A stretch of DNA of 22,588 nucleotides from Dubosiella newyorkensis (GTDB lineage: Bacteria; Bacillota_I; Bacilli_A; Erysipelotrichales; Erysipelotrichaceae), in the NCBI RefSeq assembly GCF_001945605.1, contig NZ_MPKA01000066.1:1-22588 (forward strand). The letters run 5' to 3'. Below are positions 5,815 through 13,406 of this stretch, piece after piece. The translations under genes and the position numbers were made by a program. Position 1 is the first letter of the stretch, and each line of letters begins with the position of its first letter. The notes below the pieces were generated by a model. That model saw only the letters and a program-made list of their open reading frames with translations, did not search any database and was not told the DNA's origin.

Positions 5815-8508
5815 ATGAAAGATACTTTATATAAAATGATCCACGCTTGGACAAGCGCAGAACGATTCGATGAGTTGACCATCGCTTCTCTTTCAAGTGC
5901 TTTATCGCTTCCAAAAAATAAAATTACGTTTTTTATGCAAGATCTGATCAAAGATGGAAAAATAGTCCGCATCGAAGAAAAGCCTCTTCGTTTTATGAGC
6001 AAAAAAGCACTGGAAGAACTATATGGAACGCCCGTTAATACGGATAAGATCCCTAGATTCGACGCTTGGCTAGCTTCTGTTCAAAAAGAACCAATGGATT
6101 TCGAAAAATTAGTCGGTTATGATGGCTCACTTGCTAGTTTAGTTGAACAATGTAAGGCGACGATCTCGTACCCACCTAGCGGTCTTCCCCTGATGCTAAC
6201 AGGAGAAACAGGAACAGGAAAAAGCTTTATCGCTCAATTGACATTTGAATACGCTAAGAATCATTCACTTTTAAAACCAGAAGGTCGTTTCGTTTCCATT
6301 AATTGTTCTGAATACGCAAATAACCCAGAATTATTAAGCGCCAATTTGTTTGGCTATGTTAAAGGAGCTTTTACAGGAGCCAATCAAGATACACCAGGAT
6401 TATTAGAACTGGCTGATGGAGGCGTTCTTTTTTTAGACGAAGTCCATAATTTAAAGGGGGAATGCCAAGAAAAGCTATTTCAATTTATGGATCAAGCCCT
6501 ATATCATCGAATGGGAGACAACAAAACTTGGTATTCTTCCCAAGTTCGTCTGATTTTTGCCACCACAGAAGATCCCAATCAAGTTCTTTTAAAAACATTA
6601 CAACGCCGTATCCCAATGCATTTAAAAGTCCCCACTCTTCTACAACGGGGATCTTTAGAAAAAATTCAAATGATCTATATGCTTTTCAAAAAGGAAGAAC
6701 AACGCCTTAAAAAGCGAATCAAGCTTTCACCTAGCTTCTTTCAATTGTTGCTTTCCTATCCATTTCCTGAAAATATTGGAGGATTAAAAAGCACGATCCA
6801 AGCATGCTGTGTGCAAGCCCTTTTTCAAATCGACGAAAAGGACGAAATGATGATCGAAGCTCATAATCTTCCTGCCACTATTCTAGAACATGCCTCGATC
6901 GATACGCTTTTGAAAATTCAAGACAGCGATTGGATTTATATTGATGAACTGGATCGTAATTTTAAAAATGAATATTCCACCACATTGCTTGAACAAAATG
7001 CGATTCATAAGCTTGCACAAACTGAGGATTTTCGAGAAGATGCACTTCATATCGCGAACGCTCTTTTCCAATCTTCAAATTCAAATAAGGCGAGCGCTTT
7101 CGAAAATGCCGCATTCACTTTGGTCGAAAAAATCACTCAGCACTATCATATGGCTGTCCTTAAACAAGAGAGTGATTCATTTCAGCATCAGCTTTTGTCG
7201 ATCCTTTCTTTACCGTTAAAGACTCGAATAGCACTAGAAAACAAAAAGCAAGAAATGGAAACGATCTTAGGACGTTTCAAAAACGAAGATTTCCGGATCT
7301 ATTCAGCTGTTTTAGAAATCCAAGAAACTTTAAAAAATACCCTCAATATTTCTATGGAGCCTATCCAAAATGTGTTACTAGGCCTTCTGTTTTTAAAAAC
7401 CTTCCCCACTCAAAGCATTCCAAAACGAATGGGGATTTTATTAGCGCATGGCCCTTCGAGTGCGAGCTCGATCGCAATTTGTGTAAATGAGTGGCTCGAA
7501 CAACATGTATTCGATGCGATCGATATGCCATACTTCATGTCGCAAGAACAATGTATAGAACAGCTCAATACCTATCTAAAAAAGATGGAAGGCATCGAAG
7601 AATTGTTTCTGCTCGTCGATCTTGGCTCTTTAGAAGAAGTTTGGAAAGGATTAAAGATCAAAAACGTCAATATTGGCATTATCAATACGCTTCATTTAAA
7701 GATGGCTCTTTCCATTGGCCAAGATCTCCTGAGTTCTAAAAGCATGGAAGATATCTTAGAAAAAGCAAAACAAGAAACGCGCGCTTCCTATCGGATCGAA
7801 TACAATAGGGAAAAGAAAAAATTGATCATCTGTTCTTGCGCGAGCGGAATGGGCGTAGCGGAAAAATTAAAAAGCGTAATTGTTGATTCTTTACCGAGCG
7901 AAAGCTCGATTGAAGTGCTCTCCTATGATTACAACTCTTTGCTTCAAAATGGAATCCATAATCCGAACTTTGAAAACTATGAAGTCTTGTGTGTCGTCGG
8001 CACTTTAAATCCAAATATTAAACACTTACATTTTATCGCCTTGGACGATTTGATTTTGCAAGAAAGCAATAACAGCCTCGATCAATATTTAGAGCCTTAT
8101 TTTTCAAACACAAAATTAGAAGAATTCAAGAAAAACATTATTAAGAATTTTTCGCTTTCCAATATCATGAATGCTTTAACAATTTTAAATCCTACAAAAT
8201 TGCTTGAACATGTCGCGGATGCGATCGACCGGCTCCAGAAAGAAATGCATCTTTCGTTGAGCAACAATACTTGTTTTGGTTTATATGTACATGTGAGTTG
8301 TTTAGTAGAGCGTCTTGTTATGAATCGAGGGATCGAATCATATCAAGATATCGGAGGTTTTCAAACCGAACAGAAAAACTTCATAGAACGAGTCAAGCGT
8401 TCCTTCAGCGATGTAGAAGCTTTTTATGGTGTTCAAATCCCTGTCGAAGAAATCGGATATATGTTCGATTACGTAAAAAACGATAAAAATTATCAAAAGT
8501 GTGTCTAA
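5815..8508 (+). CDS. levR: sigma-54-dependent, PTS-controlled transcriptional activator of the LevR family (HTH, AAA+, PRD, EIIA-Man-like, EIIB-Gat-like, PRD)
   Basis: The ORF-track model starts at GTG 5806. I prefer ATG 5815, which sits 5 nt after AGGTGA. Residues are numbered from the 5806 model. Walker A is GETGTGKS (133-140), the sigma-54 contact loop is GAFTGA (187-192) and Walker B is VLFLDE. The EIIA-Man-like domain has LLAHGPSS (His548), the EIIB-like domain has CSCASGMG (Cys678) and the C-terminal PRD motif is YVHVSCLVERL (His829). Confidence 0.9.
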   Translation: MKDTLYKMIHAWTSAERFDELTIASLSSALSLPKNKITFFMQDLIKDGKIVRIEEKPLRFMSKKALEELYGTPVNTDKIPRFDAWLASVQKEPMDFEKLVGYDGSLASLVEQCKATISYPPSGLPLMLTGETGTGKSFIAQLTFEYAKNHSLLKPEGRFVSINCSEYANNPELLSANLFGYVKGAFTGANQDTPGLLELADGGVLFLDEVHNLKGECQEKLFQFMDQALYHRMGDNKTWYSSQVRLIFATTEDPNQVLLKTLQRRIPMHLKVPTLLQRGSLEKIQMIYMLFKKEEQRLKKRIKLSPSFFQLLLSYPFPENIGGLKSTIQACCVQALFQIDEKDEMMIEAHNLPATILEHASIDTLLKIQDSDWIYIDELDRNFKNEYSTTLLEQNAIHKLAQTEDFREDALHIANALFQSSNSNKASAFENAAFTLVEKITQHYHMAVLKQESDSFQHQLLSILSLPLKTRIALENKKQEMETILGRFKNEDFRIYSAVLEIQETLKNTLNISMEPIQNVLLGLLFLKTFPTQSIPKRMGILLAHGPSSASSIAICVNEWLEQHVFDAIDMPYFMSQEQCIEQLNTYLKKMEGIEELFLLVDLGSLEEVWKGLKIKNVNIGIINTLHLKMALSIGQDLLSSKSMEDILEKAKQETRASYRIEYNREKKKLIICSCASGMGVAEKLKSVIVDSLPSESSIEVLSYDYNSLLQNGIHNPNFENYEVLCVVGTLNPNIKHLHFIALDDLILQESNNSLDQYLEPYFSNTKLEEFKKNIIKNFSLSNIMNALTILNPTKLLEHVADAIDRLQKEMHLSLSNNTCFGLYVHVSCLVERLVMNRGIESYQDIGGFQTEQKNFIERVKRSFSDVEAFYGVQIPVEEIGYMFDYVKNDKNYQKCV

Positions 8509-8510
8509 AT

Positions 8511-8526
8511 TGGCACACTTTTTGCT
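8511..8526 (+). promoter_or_regulatory. sigma-54 (-24/-12) promoter, distal copy (P1), starting 3 nt after the levR-like stop codon
   Basis: TGGCAC (8511-8516), ACTTT, TTGCT (8522-8526), with canonical spacing. Confidence 0.62.
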
Positions 8527-8583
8527 TGTATAGAAGTGAAGCGAATTCCAATACAAAAAAATATAAATCATAAACTCATTAGT

Positions 8584-8599
8584 TGGCACGCTTCTTGCT
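8584..8599 (+). promoter_or_regulatory. sigma-54 (-24/-12) promoter, proximal copy (P2) of the PTS operon
   Basis: TGGCAC (8584-8589), GCTTC, TTGCT (8595-8599). The predicted TSS is near 8610, followed by RBS AAAGGAGG (8623-8630) and ATG 8636. Confidence 0.75.
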
Positions 8600-8635
8600 T
8601 GTATAGAAATGAATAATTTAAAGAAAGGAGGTTCT

Positions 8636-9064
8636 ATGCGGCATATTATTTTAGCTTCTCATGGCGACTTTTCAAAAGGTCTGAAGCATTCTGTGCAGAT
8701 GATTGTTGGCGATATTGCCGACCAATTGCAAACATATTCGCTCTATCCGTCTTATAATCCTCGCGATTATATGGAAGAAATGAGTGCTCTCATCCAAAAG
8801 AACCCTGAGGACGAATATGTTTTTCTTTGTGATATTGAAGGTGGGAGTGTACATAGCGCGCTTTCTACATTGTGTCAATTCCCAAATGTTCTTGTATTTG
8901 GGGGAACAAATATGAATCTCGTGCTCGATTTACTATTATCGACACCAGAAATACTTATTAACAATCCTGATGTCCAAAATCGGTTGATCGCTTCCGGAAA
9001 AAATGGCGTAAGCTTAACGGATCAAAAAAGGATCCAACAAAAAAGCGAAGAAGAAGATTTCTAA
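8636..9064 (+). CDS. PTS mannose/fructose/sorbose-family EIIA component
   Basis: I take the start at MRHIILASHGDF because of the strong RBS. The track start at 8609 would lie inside the promoter. The phosphorylatable His is in the ASHG motif and a DIEGGS motif is present. The protein is about 142 aa. Confidence 0.85.
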   Translation: MRHIILASHGDFSKGLKHSVQMIVGDIADQLQTYSLYPSYNPRDYMEEMSALIQKNPEDEYVFLCDIEGGSVHSALSTLCQFPNVLVFGGTNMNLVLDLLLSTPEILINNPDVQNRLIASGKNGVSLTDQKRIQQKSEEEDF

Positions 9065-9079
9065 AGAAGGAGGAAAAAT

Positions 9080-9550
9080 ATGATTAAAAAACTTAGAGTC
9101 GATCATCGACTACTGCATGGACAAGTTGCTTTTTCGTGGACGAGCGCTCTGAATGCTGATTGCATTTTGATTGCCAACGATTCAGTCGTGAACGACGAAC
9201 TTCGAAAAACTACGATGAAAATGGCTAAACCAAATGGAGTGAAGCTTGTAATCAAAAATATTGCCGACAGCATTCAAGCGATCAACAGCGGCAAAACTGA
9301 CAAATATAAATTATTTATTGTGGTGGAGAGCATCAAAGACGCTCAGAAACTTATCAACGGCGTGGATCAAATCAAAAGTTTGAATCTAGGTGGTACAAAA
9401 GCAACTGAACAAACTCGCAACATTTCAAAAGCAATGAATATCACAAATGAAGAAGAGACGATTCTTAAAGATCTTGTGAATAAAGGTGTAGATGTAACGA
9501 TCCAAATGGTCCCTGAAGACACAGCCATTCCTGTAGAAAAGGTTTTATAA
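9080..9550 (+). CDS. PTS mannose/fructose/sorbose-family EIIB component
   Basis: The N-terminal RVDHRLLHGQVA motif matches the RIDxRLIHGQ phospho-His signature. RBS is GAAGGAGG. 156 aa. Confidence 0.9.
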   Translation: MIKKLRVDHRLLHGQVAFSWTSALNADCILIANDSVVNDELRKTTMKMAKPNGVKLVIKNIADSIQAINSGKTDKYKLFIVVESIKDAQKLINGVDQIKSLNLGGTKATEQTRNISKAMNITNEEETILKDLVNKGVDVTIQMVPEDTAIPVEKVL

Positions 9551-9559
9551 GGTGAGAGT

Positions 9560-10345
9560 ATGTTAATTCAATCAATTTTACTTGGCCTAGTGGCAATGCT
9601 TGGAAATGCCGAATATCTTTTAGGAACTTGTTTGCTTTCTCGCCCTATGATCATGGGCTTATTTACTGGAATTGTAATGGGAAACATTGAAATGGGCGTG
9701 AAGATCGGAGCAACGATGGAACTTGCTTTCATGGGTGCTTTCTCGATCGGGGCTAGTATTCCTCCAGAAATGATTTCTGGAACAGTGCTGGGCACCGCTT
9801 TTGCGATTACTACTGGATCTGGTGCTGAAACAGCCCTTGCGATCGGTCTTCCTGTCGCTTCGCTTGTTCTCTTGGCAAAAAACTTCGGCATGGTCTTCAT
9901 CTTGCCTCCATTTGTTCATAAAGCGGATGAATACGCAAGCAAAGATAATATGCAAGGTGTTGCCCTTGTTCATTATCTCGCCGGATTCTTTGGTGTCAAC
10001 TTGATTATTGGTCTTTGTGTAGGAATTGGCTATTATATGGGATCTCCAGCGATTGAAGCTTTCTTGTCGATCATTCCTGAATGGATCTCTAAAGGACTTG
10101 AAATCACGATGGGCTTACTTCCTGCAATCGGTTTTGGTTTGTTAATGAAAATGATCATGAATAAATCAAATATTTGCTTCTTTATTTTAGGATTTGGACT
10201 TTCTGTCTATTTGAATTTGCCTGGTACTGGAATTGCTGTTTTCGGAGCGATCATAGCGATCGTATTGACACAAATCAAGCGTTCTCAACAATTACAACCA
10301 GCAATGAATGTGGAAGGAGGATTAGATGATGACGACGACTTCTAA
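9560..10345 (+). CDS. PTS mannose/fructose/sorbose-family EIIC membrane component
   Basis: 261-aa polytopic hydrophobic protein in the canonical position after EIIB. It has an acidic C-terminal tail, GGLDDDDDF. Confidence 0.88.
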   Translation: MLIQSILLGLVAMLGNAEYLLGTCLLSRPMIMGLFTGIVMGNIEMGVKIGATMELAFMGAFSIGASIPPEMISGTVLGTAFAITTGSGAETALAIGLPVASLVLLAKNFGMVFILPPFVHKADEYASKDNMQGVALVHYLAGFFGVNLIIGLCVGIGYYMGSPAIEAFLSIIPEWISKGLEITMGLLPAIGFGLLMKMIMNKSNICFFILGFGLSVYLNLPGTGIAVFGAIIAIVLTQIKRSQQLQPAMNVEGGLDDDDDF

Positions 10346-11147
10346 AAAACTTGAAAGAAAACAAATTATGTCTGTATTCTGGCGCTCGTTCGGATTGGAA
10401 TGGGATTGGAACTATGAGCGACAGATGAATATTGGATATTGCTACTGCATGTTGCCGGTTATCAAAAAGTTATACCCAGACCCTGCGCAACAAGAAGCAG
10501 CTATGAAACGACATTTAGAATTCTTCAATACAACACCTCAGCTCGCTACCTTGATTCTTGGTATCACAGCCGCTATGGAAGAGCAAAACGCGAACGATCC
10601 TGGCTTCGATACACAATCGATTAATGATGTCAAAGTTTCTTTAATGGGACCTCTTGCAGGTATTGGTGACTCGTTTATTTGGGGAACTCTCCGTATCATT
10701 GCGACTGGTGTTGGTTTATCTCTTGCAACACAAGGTAATGTTCTTGGTCCTATCTTATTTTTCTTGATCTTTAATATTCCTGCTCAAGGTCTTCGCTACT
10801 ATTTAATGAATGCCGGTTATAAATTAGGAAGCGGTTTTTTAGCACAACTTCAAAAAAGTGGTTGGATGGAAATGTTGACATATGGTGCTTCTGTTCTGGG
10901 ATTGATTGTAATTGGAGGAATGACTGCACAAAATGTCGCGATCAATATTCCGCTTGTCATCGGTGCTGGTGAAGAAGCGACAACGATCGGAGATATTTGT
11001 AATCAAATCATGCCAGGTATTCTGCCATTGCTGTTTACATTCGCAATCTATTATGTGTTGAAATTTAAAAATGTCAAAACAACAACTTTATTGATCGTAT
11101 TTATCTTGATTGGTTTTATTGGTGCTTATTTTGGAATTTTAGGATAG
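10326..11147 (+). CDS. PTS mannose/fructose/sorbose-family EIID membrane component
   Basis: The N-terminal motif FWRSFGLEWDWNYERQMN is characteristic of IID (RS..LQ.SWNYERMQ). The gene overlaps the EIIC 3' end by 20 nt, and its RBS GGAGGA lies inside EIIC. Confidence 0.9.
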   Translation: MMTTTSKKLERKQIMSVFWRSFGLEWDWNYERQMNIGYCYCMLPVIKKLYPDPAQQEAAMKRHLEFFNTTPQLATLILGITAAMEEQNANDPGFDTQSINDVKVSLMGPLAGIGDSFIWGTLRIIATGVGLSLATQGNVLGPILFFLIFNIPAQGLRYYLMNAGYKLGSGFLAQLQKSGWMEMLTYGASVLGLIVIGGMTAQNVAINIPLVIGAGEEATTIGDICNQIMPGILPLLFTFAIYYVLKFKNVKTTTLLIVFILIGFIGAYFGILG

Positions 11148-11166
11148 ATAAAAGGAGGAAAATACT

Positions 11167-12162
11167 ATGATGAAATTCAATGAAAAGGAAAAAGTGGAAA
11201 GTGTACAAGGAGCTTTAGCTCTACGTCCAGAAATCGAATCGATTGTTGATGGGATTTGCAAAGACGGGTACAAAAATATCGTTTGGCTTGGTATTGGAGG
11301 AACGTGGGCAAGCTCACAACAAGCAACTGTACATATGAAAGAACGGTCGGGTATCGAAACTTGGGCAGAAAATGCAGCTGAATATCTCACAACAGGAAAT
11401 AAAAGAATCGGAAAAGGAAGCATTGTAATCACTTCTTCAGTAACTGGAAATACGATCGAAGTCGTTGAAGCAGTCAAAAAAGCCAAAGAAGCAGGTGCTA
11501 CAGTAATCGGATTCATTGATGCGCCTGAAGCTGAACTCGCTAAAATGGTCGATCATGTCATTTCATATAAGCAAAATGAGCAATTAAAATTCTTTATGGT
11601 AGCTGATCGTTTCATGAAAAATGCTGGTGAATTCGATGACTATGAAGAAATGTATGCAGAATTTGATCAATATTTGCCACAAGCGCTTGTAGAAGTAGAA
11701 AAAGCAGCAGAACCTTTCGCAGCAGAATTCGCAAAGCAGCATTGGAACGATGATATTCACTACTTTGTTGGTGCAGGAAATCAGTGGGGTGCTACTTACT
11801 CTTATGCGATGTGCTATTGGGAAGAGCAACTTTGGATCAAAACAAAGTCAATCACATCCCCAGAATTTTTCCATGGAATGTTTGAAATCGTGACAAAAGA
11901 AACTCCAGTAACCGTTTATATCGGCGAAGATAAGCAACGTCCGCTTTCTGAACGTGTAGCGAACTTCTTGCCTAGAATTTGCGGCAACTATACGATCATC
12001 GACACGAAAGACTATGAACTAAAAGGGATCAGCGAAAAATATCGTGGAGATATCTCTCATCTAGTCATGCACGCAGTCAACAACAGAATCGATGTTCATA
12101 TGGAAGATGAAACAAAACACCCAATGGAGATCCGTCGATATTATAGAGCTCTTGATTACTAG
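11167..12162 (+). CDS. SIS-domain protein, FrlB/GfrF-like fructosamine-6-phosphate deglycase family
   Basis: 331 aa. SIS motifs are present (VWLGIGGTW...SSVTGNT) together with an EFFHGMFE motif. The C-terminal tail EIRRYYRALDY resembles the E. coli FrlB tail (ERRYYGGLVEY), recalled from memory. RBS is AAAGGAGG. Confidence 0.72.
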   Translation: MMKFNEKEKVESVQGALALRPEIESIVDGICKDGYKNIVWLGIGGTWASSQQATVHMKERSGIETWAENAAEYLTTGNKRIGKGSIVITSSVTGNTIEVVEAVKKAKEAGATVIGFIDAPEAELAKMVDHVISYKQNEQLKFFMVADRFMKNAGEFDDYEEMYAEFDQYLPQALVEVEKAAEPFAAEFAKQHWNDDIHYFVGAGNQWGATYSYAMCYWEEQLWIKTKSITSPEFFHGMFEIVTKETPVTVYIGEDKQRPLSERVANFLPRICGNYTIIDTKDYELKGISEKYRGDISHLVMHAVNNRIDVHMEDETKHPMEIRRYYRALDY

Positions 12163-12170
12163 GAGAATAA

Positions 12171-13238
12171 ATGGATATGACGATGGAAGATTATATTCAA
12201 CAAAGTCGAGCTGCTTGTGAACAATTGCTTCACGATCATAACTTGCTTGAGCCTGTTGTTGAACTTTATCAAAAACAAAAGCCTGAAACGATTTGGCTAG
12301 TGGCTTCAGGCTCCAGTTATAATGCTTGTGTTTGCGCACAAGCGTTGATGAATCAGTGGATGGATACAGATGTGGAAGTTCGTACCCCATTCACCTTCCT
12401 TCATTATACACCGTCTTTAAAAAAGAATGATTTGATCTTCGTGATCACACAAAGTGGCTTATCGACCAACGCGATCGAAGTGCTCGATGCTTTACAAGGA
12501 AACCAAAATGTAATTTGCTTGACCGGAAACAAAAACAGCGACGTGAAAGATCATACGGAAATAGTTCTCGAATATGGTGTGGGTGAAGAACTTGTAGGAT
12601 ATGTGACAAAAGGCGTTAGTGTATTGACCTTTTATTTGATTTGTTTCGCTAAACAAGTAACGAATAAAGAAAACATTGACCTGCTTAAAGTATTATCTAC
12701 ATTCGAATATACACAAACAGAAACAGAACAATTTATTAGGAAACATTTCAAATCTCTTTCTGGAATGCAAACCGTATATTGTCTAGGAACGCCTTATTCA
12801 CAAGGGGTGGGCTTAGAAGCTGCCTTAAAAATCGGAGAAACGATCCATGTGCCAAGCTTCTACTATGAAGTTGAAGAATTTATTCATGGACCTAACCTTC
12901 AACTGAAGCCAACCTATACGCTCTTCTTTTTTGATAGCAACGATAGAGCCTCCTCTCGTCTTCATCAAATTTATGAAAGCGCGAAGCTCGTAAGCGATCA
13001 TGTCTATTTGGTTACGATGGATCCTGCTTTTAAAGAGGATGCTCACGCTCTTGTGATCGAACCAGCCGTCGACCCGCTCTTCAGCTCGTTTGTAGAATTA
13101 CCATTTCCGCAACTGATTAGCGCAAAGATCAGCACGATCTTACATAGCACAATGCAGCATCCTCTACTAAAAGAATTTAAAAAAGGAGCTGCCGCAAAAA
13201 CTGAAAACTTCATCAATTACGATAACGATGAGGCATAA
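12171..13238 (+). CDS. second SIS-domain sugar-phosphate isomerase or deglycase (GlmS isomerase-domain, AgaS or GfrE-like)
   Basis: 355 aa. It carries WLVASGSSYNA, ITQSGLSTN and EFIHGP motifs typical of tandem-SIS aminosugar-phosphate enzymes. It is clearly divergent from the first SIS gene. Confidence 0.7.
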   Translation: MDMTMEDYIQQSRAACEQLLHDHNLLEPVVELYQKQKPETIWLVASGSSYNACVCAQALMNQWMDTDVEVRTPFTFLHYTPSLKKNDLIFVITQSGLSTNAIEVLDALQGNQNVICLTGNKNSDVKDHTEIVLEYGVGEELVGYVTKGVSVLTFYLICFAKQVTNKENIDLLKVLSTFEYTQTETEQFIRKHFKSLSGMQTVYCLGTPYSQGVGLEAALKIGETIHVPSFYYEVEEFIHGPNLQLKPTYTLFFFDSNDRASSRLHQIYESAKLVSDHVYLVTMDPAFKEDAHALVIEPAVDPLFSSFVELPFPQLISAKISTILHSTMQHPLLKEFKKGAAAKTENFINYDNDEA

Positions 13239-13246
13239 TATAAAAA

Positions 13247-13281
13247 CGCAAAAGCAAAAAATAAGCTTTTGCGTTTTTTTA
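13247..13281. terminator. rho-independent terminator ending the PTS/SIS operon (bidirectional potential)
   Basis: The stem is ACGCAAAAGC (13247-13256) with GCTTTTGCGT (13266-13275). The loop is 9 nt and a T7 run follows. An A-run on the left side could serve the convergent macro-domain transcript. Confidence 0.88.
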
Positions 13282-13406
13282 TTAAGACAGCTTCCGCTTC
13301 TTCAAAAACTTAGTGTTCATGGAAACTTGTTTGAACGTGCTAAAGGATGCGATTCTAATGATCGATCCATTCTACTTAGAGGAAGGAAAAACCGAGATTC
13401 CTTTTT

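Larger units (their letters stand above)
8510..8613 (+). repeat. tandem direct duplication of a 31-nt sigma-54 promoter module (copies at 8510-8540 and 8583-8613, 73-nt period)
   Basis: Copy 1 is TTGGCACACTTTTTGCTTGTATAGAAGTGAA and copy 2 is TTGGCACGCTTCTTGCTTGTATAGAAATGAA. They are identical at 28 of 31 positions. Confidence 0.85.

Noticed and set aside
7515-7530. Minus-strand near-match TGGCAT-ATCGA-TCGCA inside the levR-like gene, which would be an antisense sigma-54 promoter.
   Set aside because: The GG/GC spacing is correct, but -12 reads TCGCA rather than TTGC(A/T). The conserved flanks of the three bona fide sites are absent, and the match is built largely from the ubiquitous CGATCG motif. 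It is most likely chance, but TSS mapping could re-examine it.
8338-8589. An 83-aa minus-strand ORF spanning the tandem sigma-54 promoters and the levR 3' end.
   Set aside because: It is AT-rich and low-complexity, has no RBS and runs antisense to a well-supported gene end. The region is better explained by the promoter duplication.
8609-8635. N-terminal extensions proposed by the ORF track. These are EIIA from 8609, cca from 16202, padR from 18012, the small ORF from 18315, EEP from 18280, murB from 22371 and levR from GTG 5806.
   Set aside because: In each case an internal ATG sits 4-8 nt downstream of a strong AGGAGG-like RBS and coincides with the conserved family N-terminus. The extensions would also run through promoters or intergenic signals.
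8636-12162. The idea that the PTS block is a recently acquired island, because GATC density is low in EIIB (3 per 360 nt), EIID (1 per 360 nt) and SIS-1 (4 per 600 nt).
   Set aside because: EIIC in the middle of the same operon has background-level density (11 per 720 nt), and rpoN/levR are intermediate. No flanking repeats, integrase or tRNA mark a boundary. The heterogeneity may reflect amino-acid composition, so a proper compositional test is needed.
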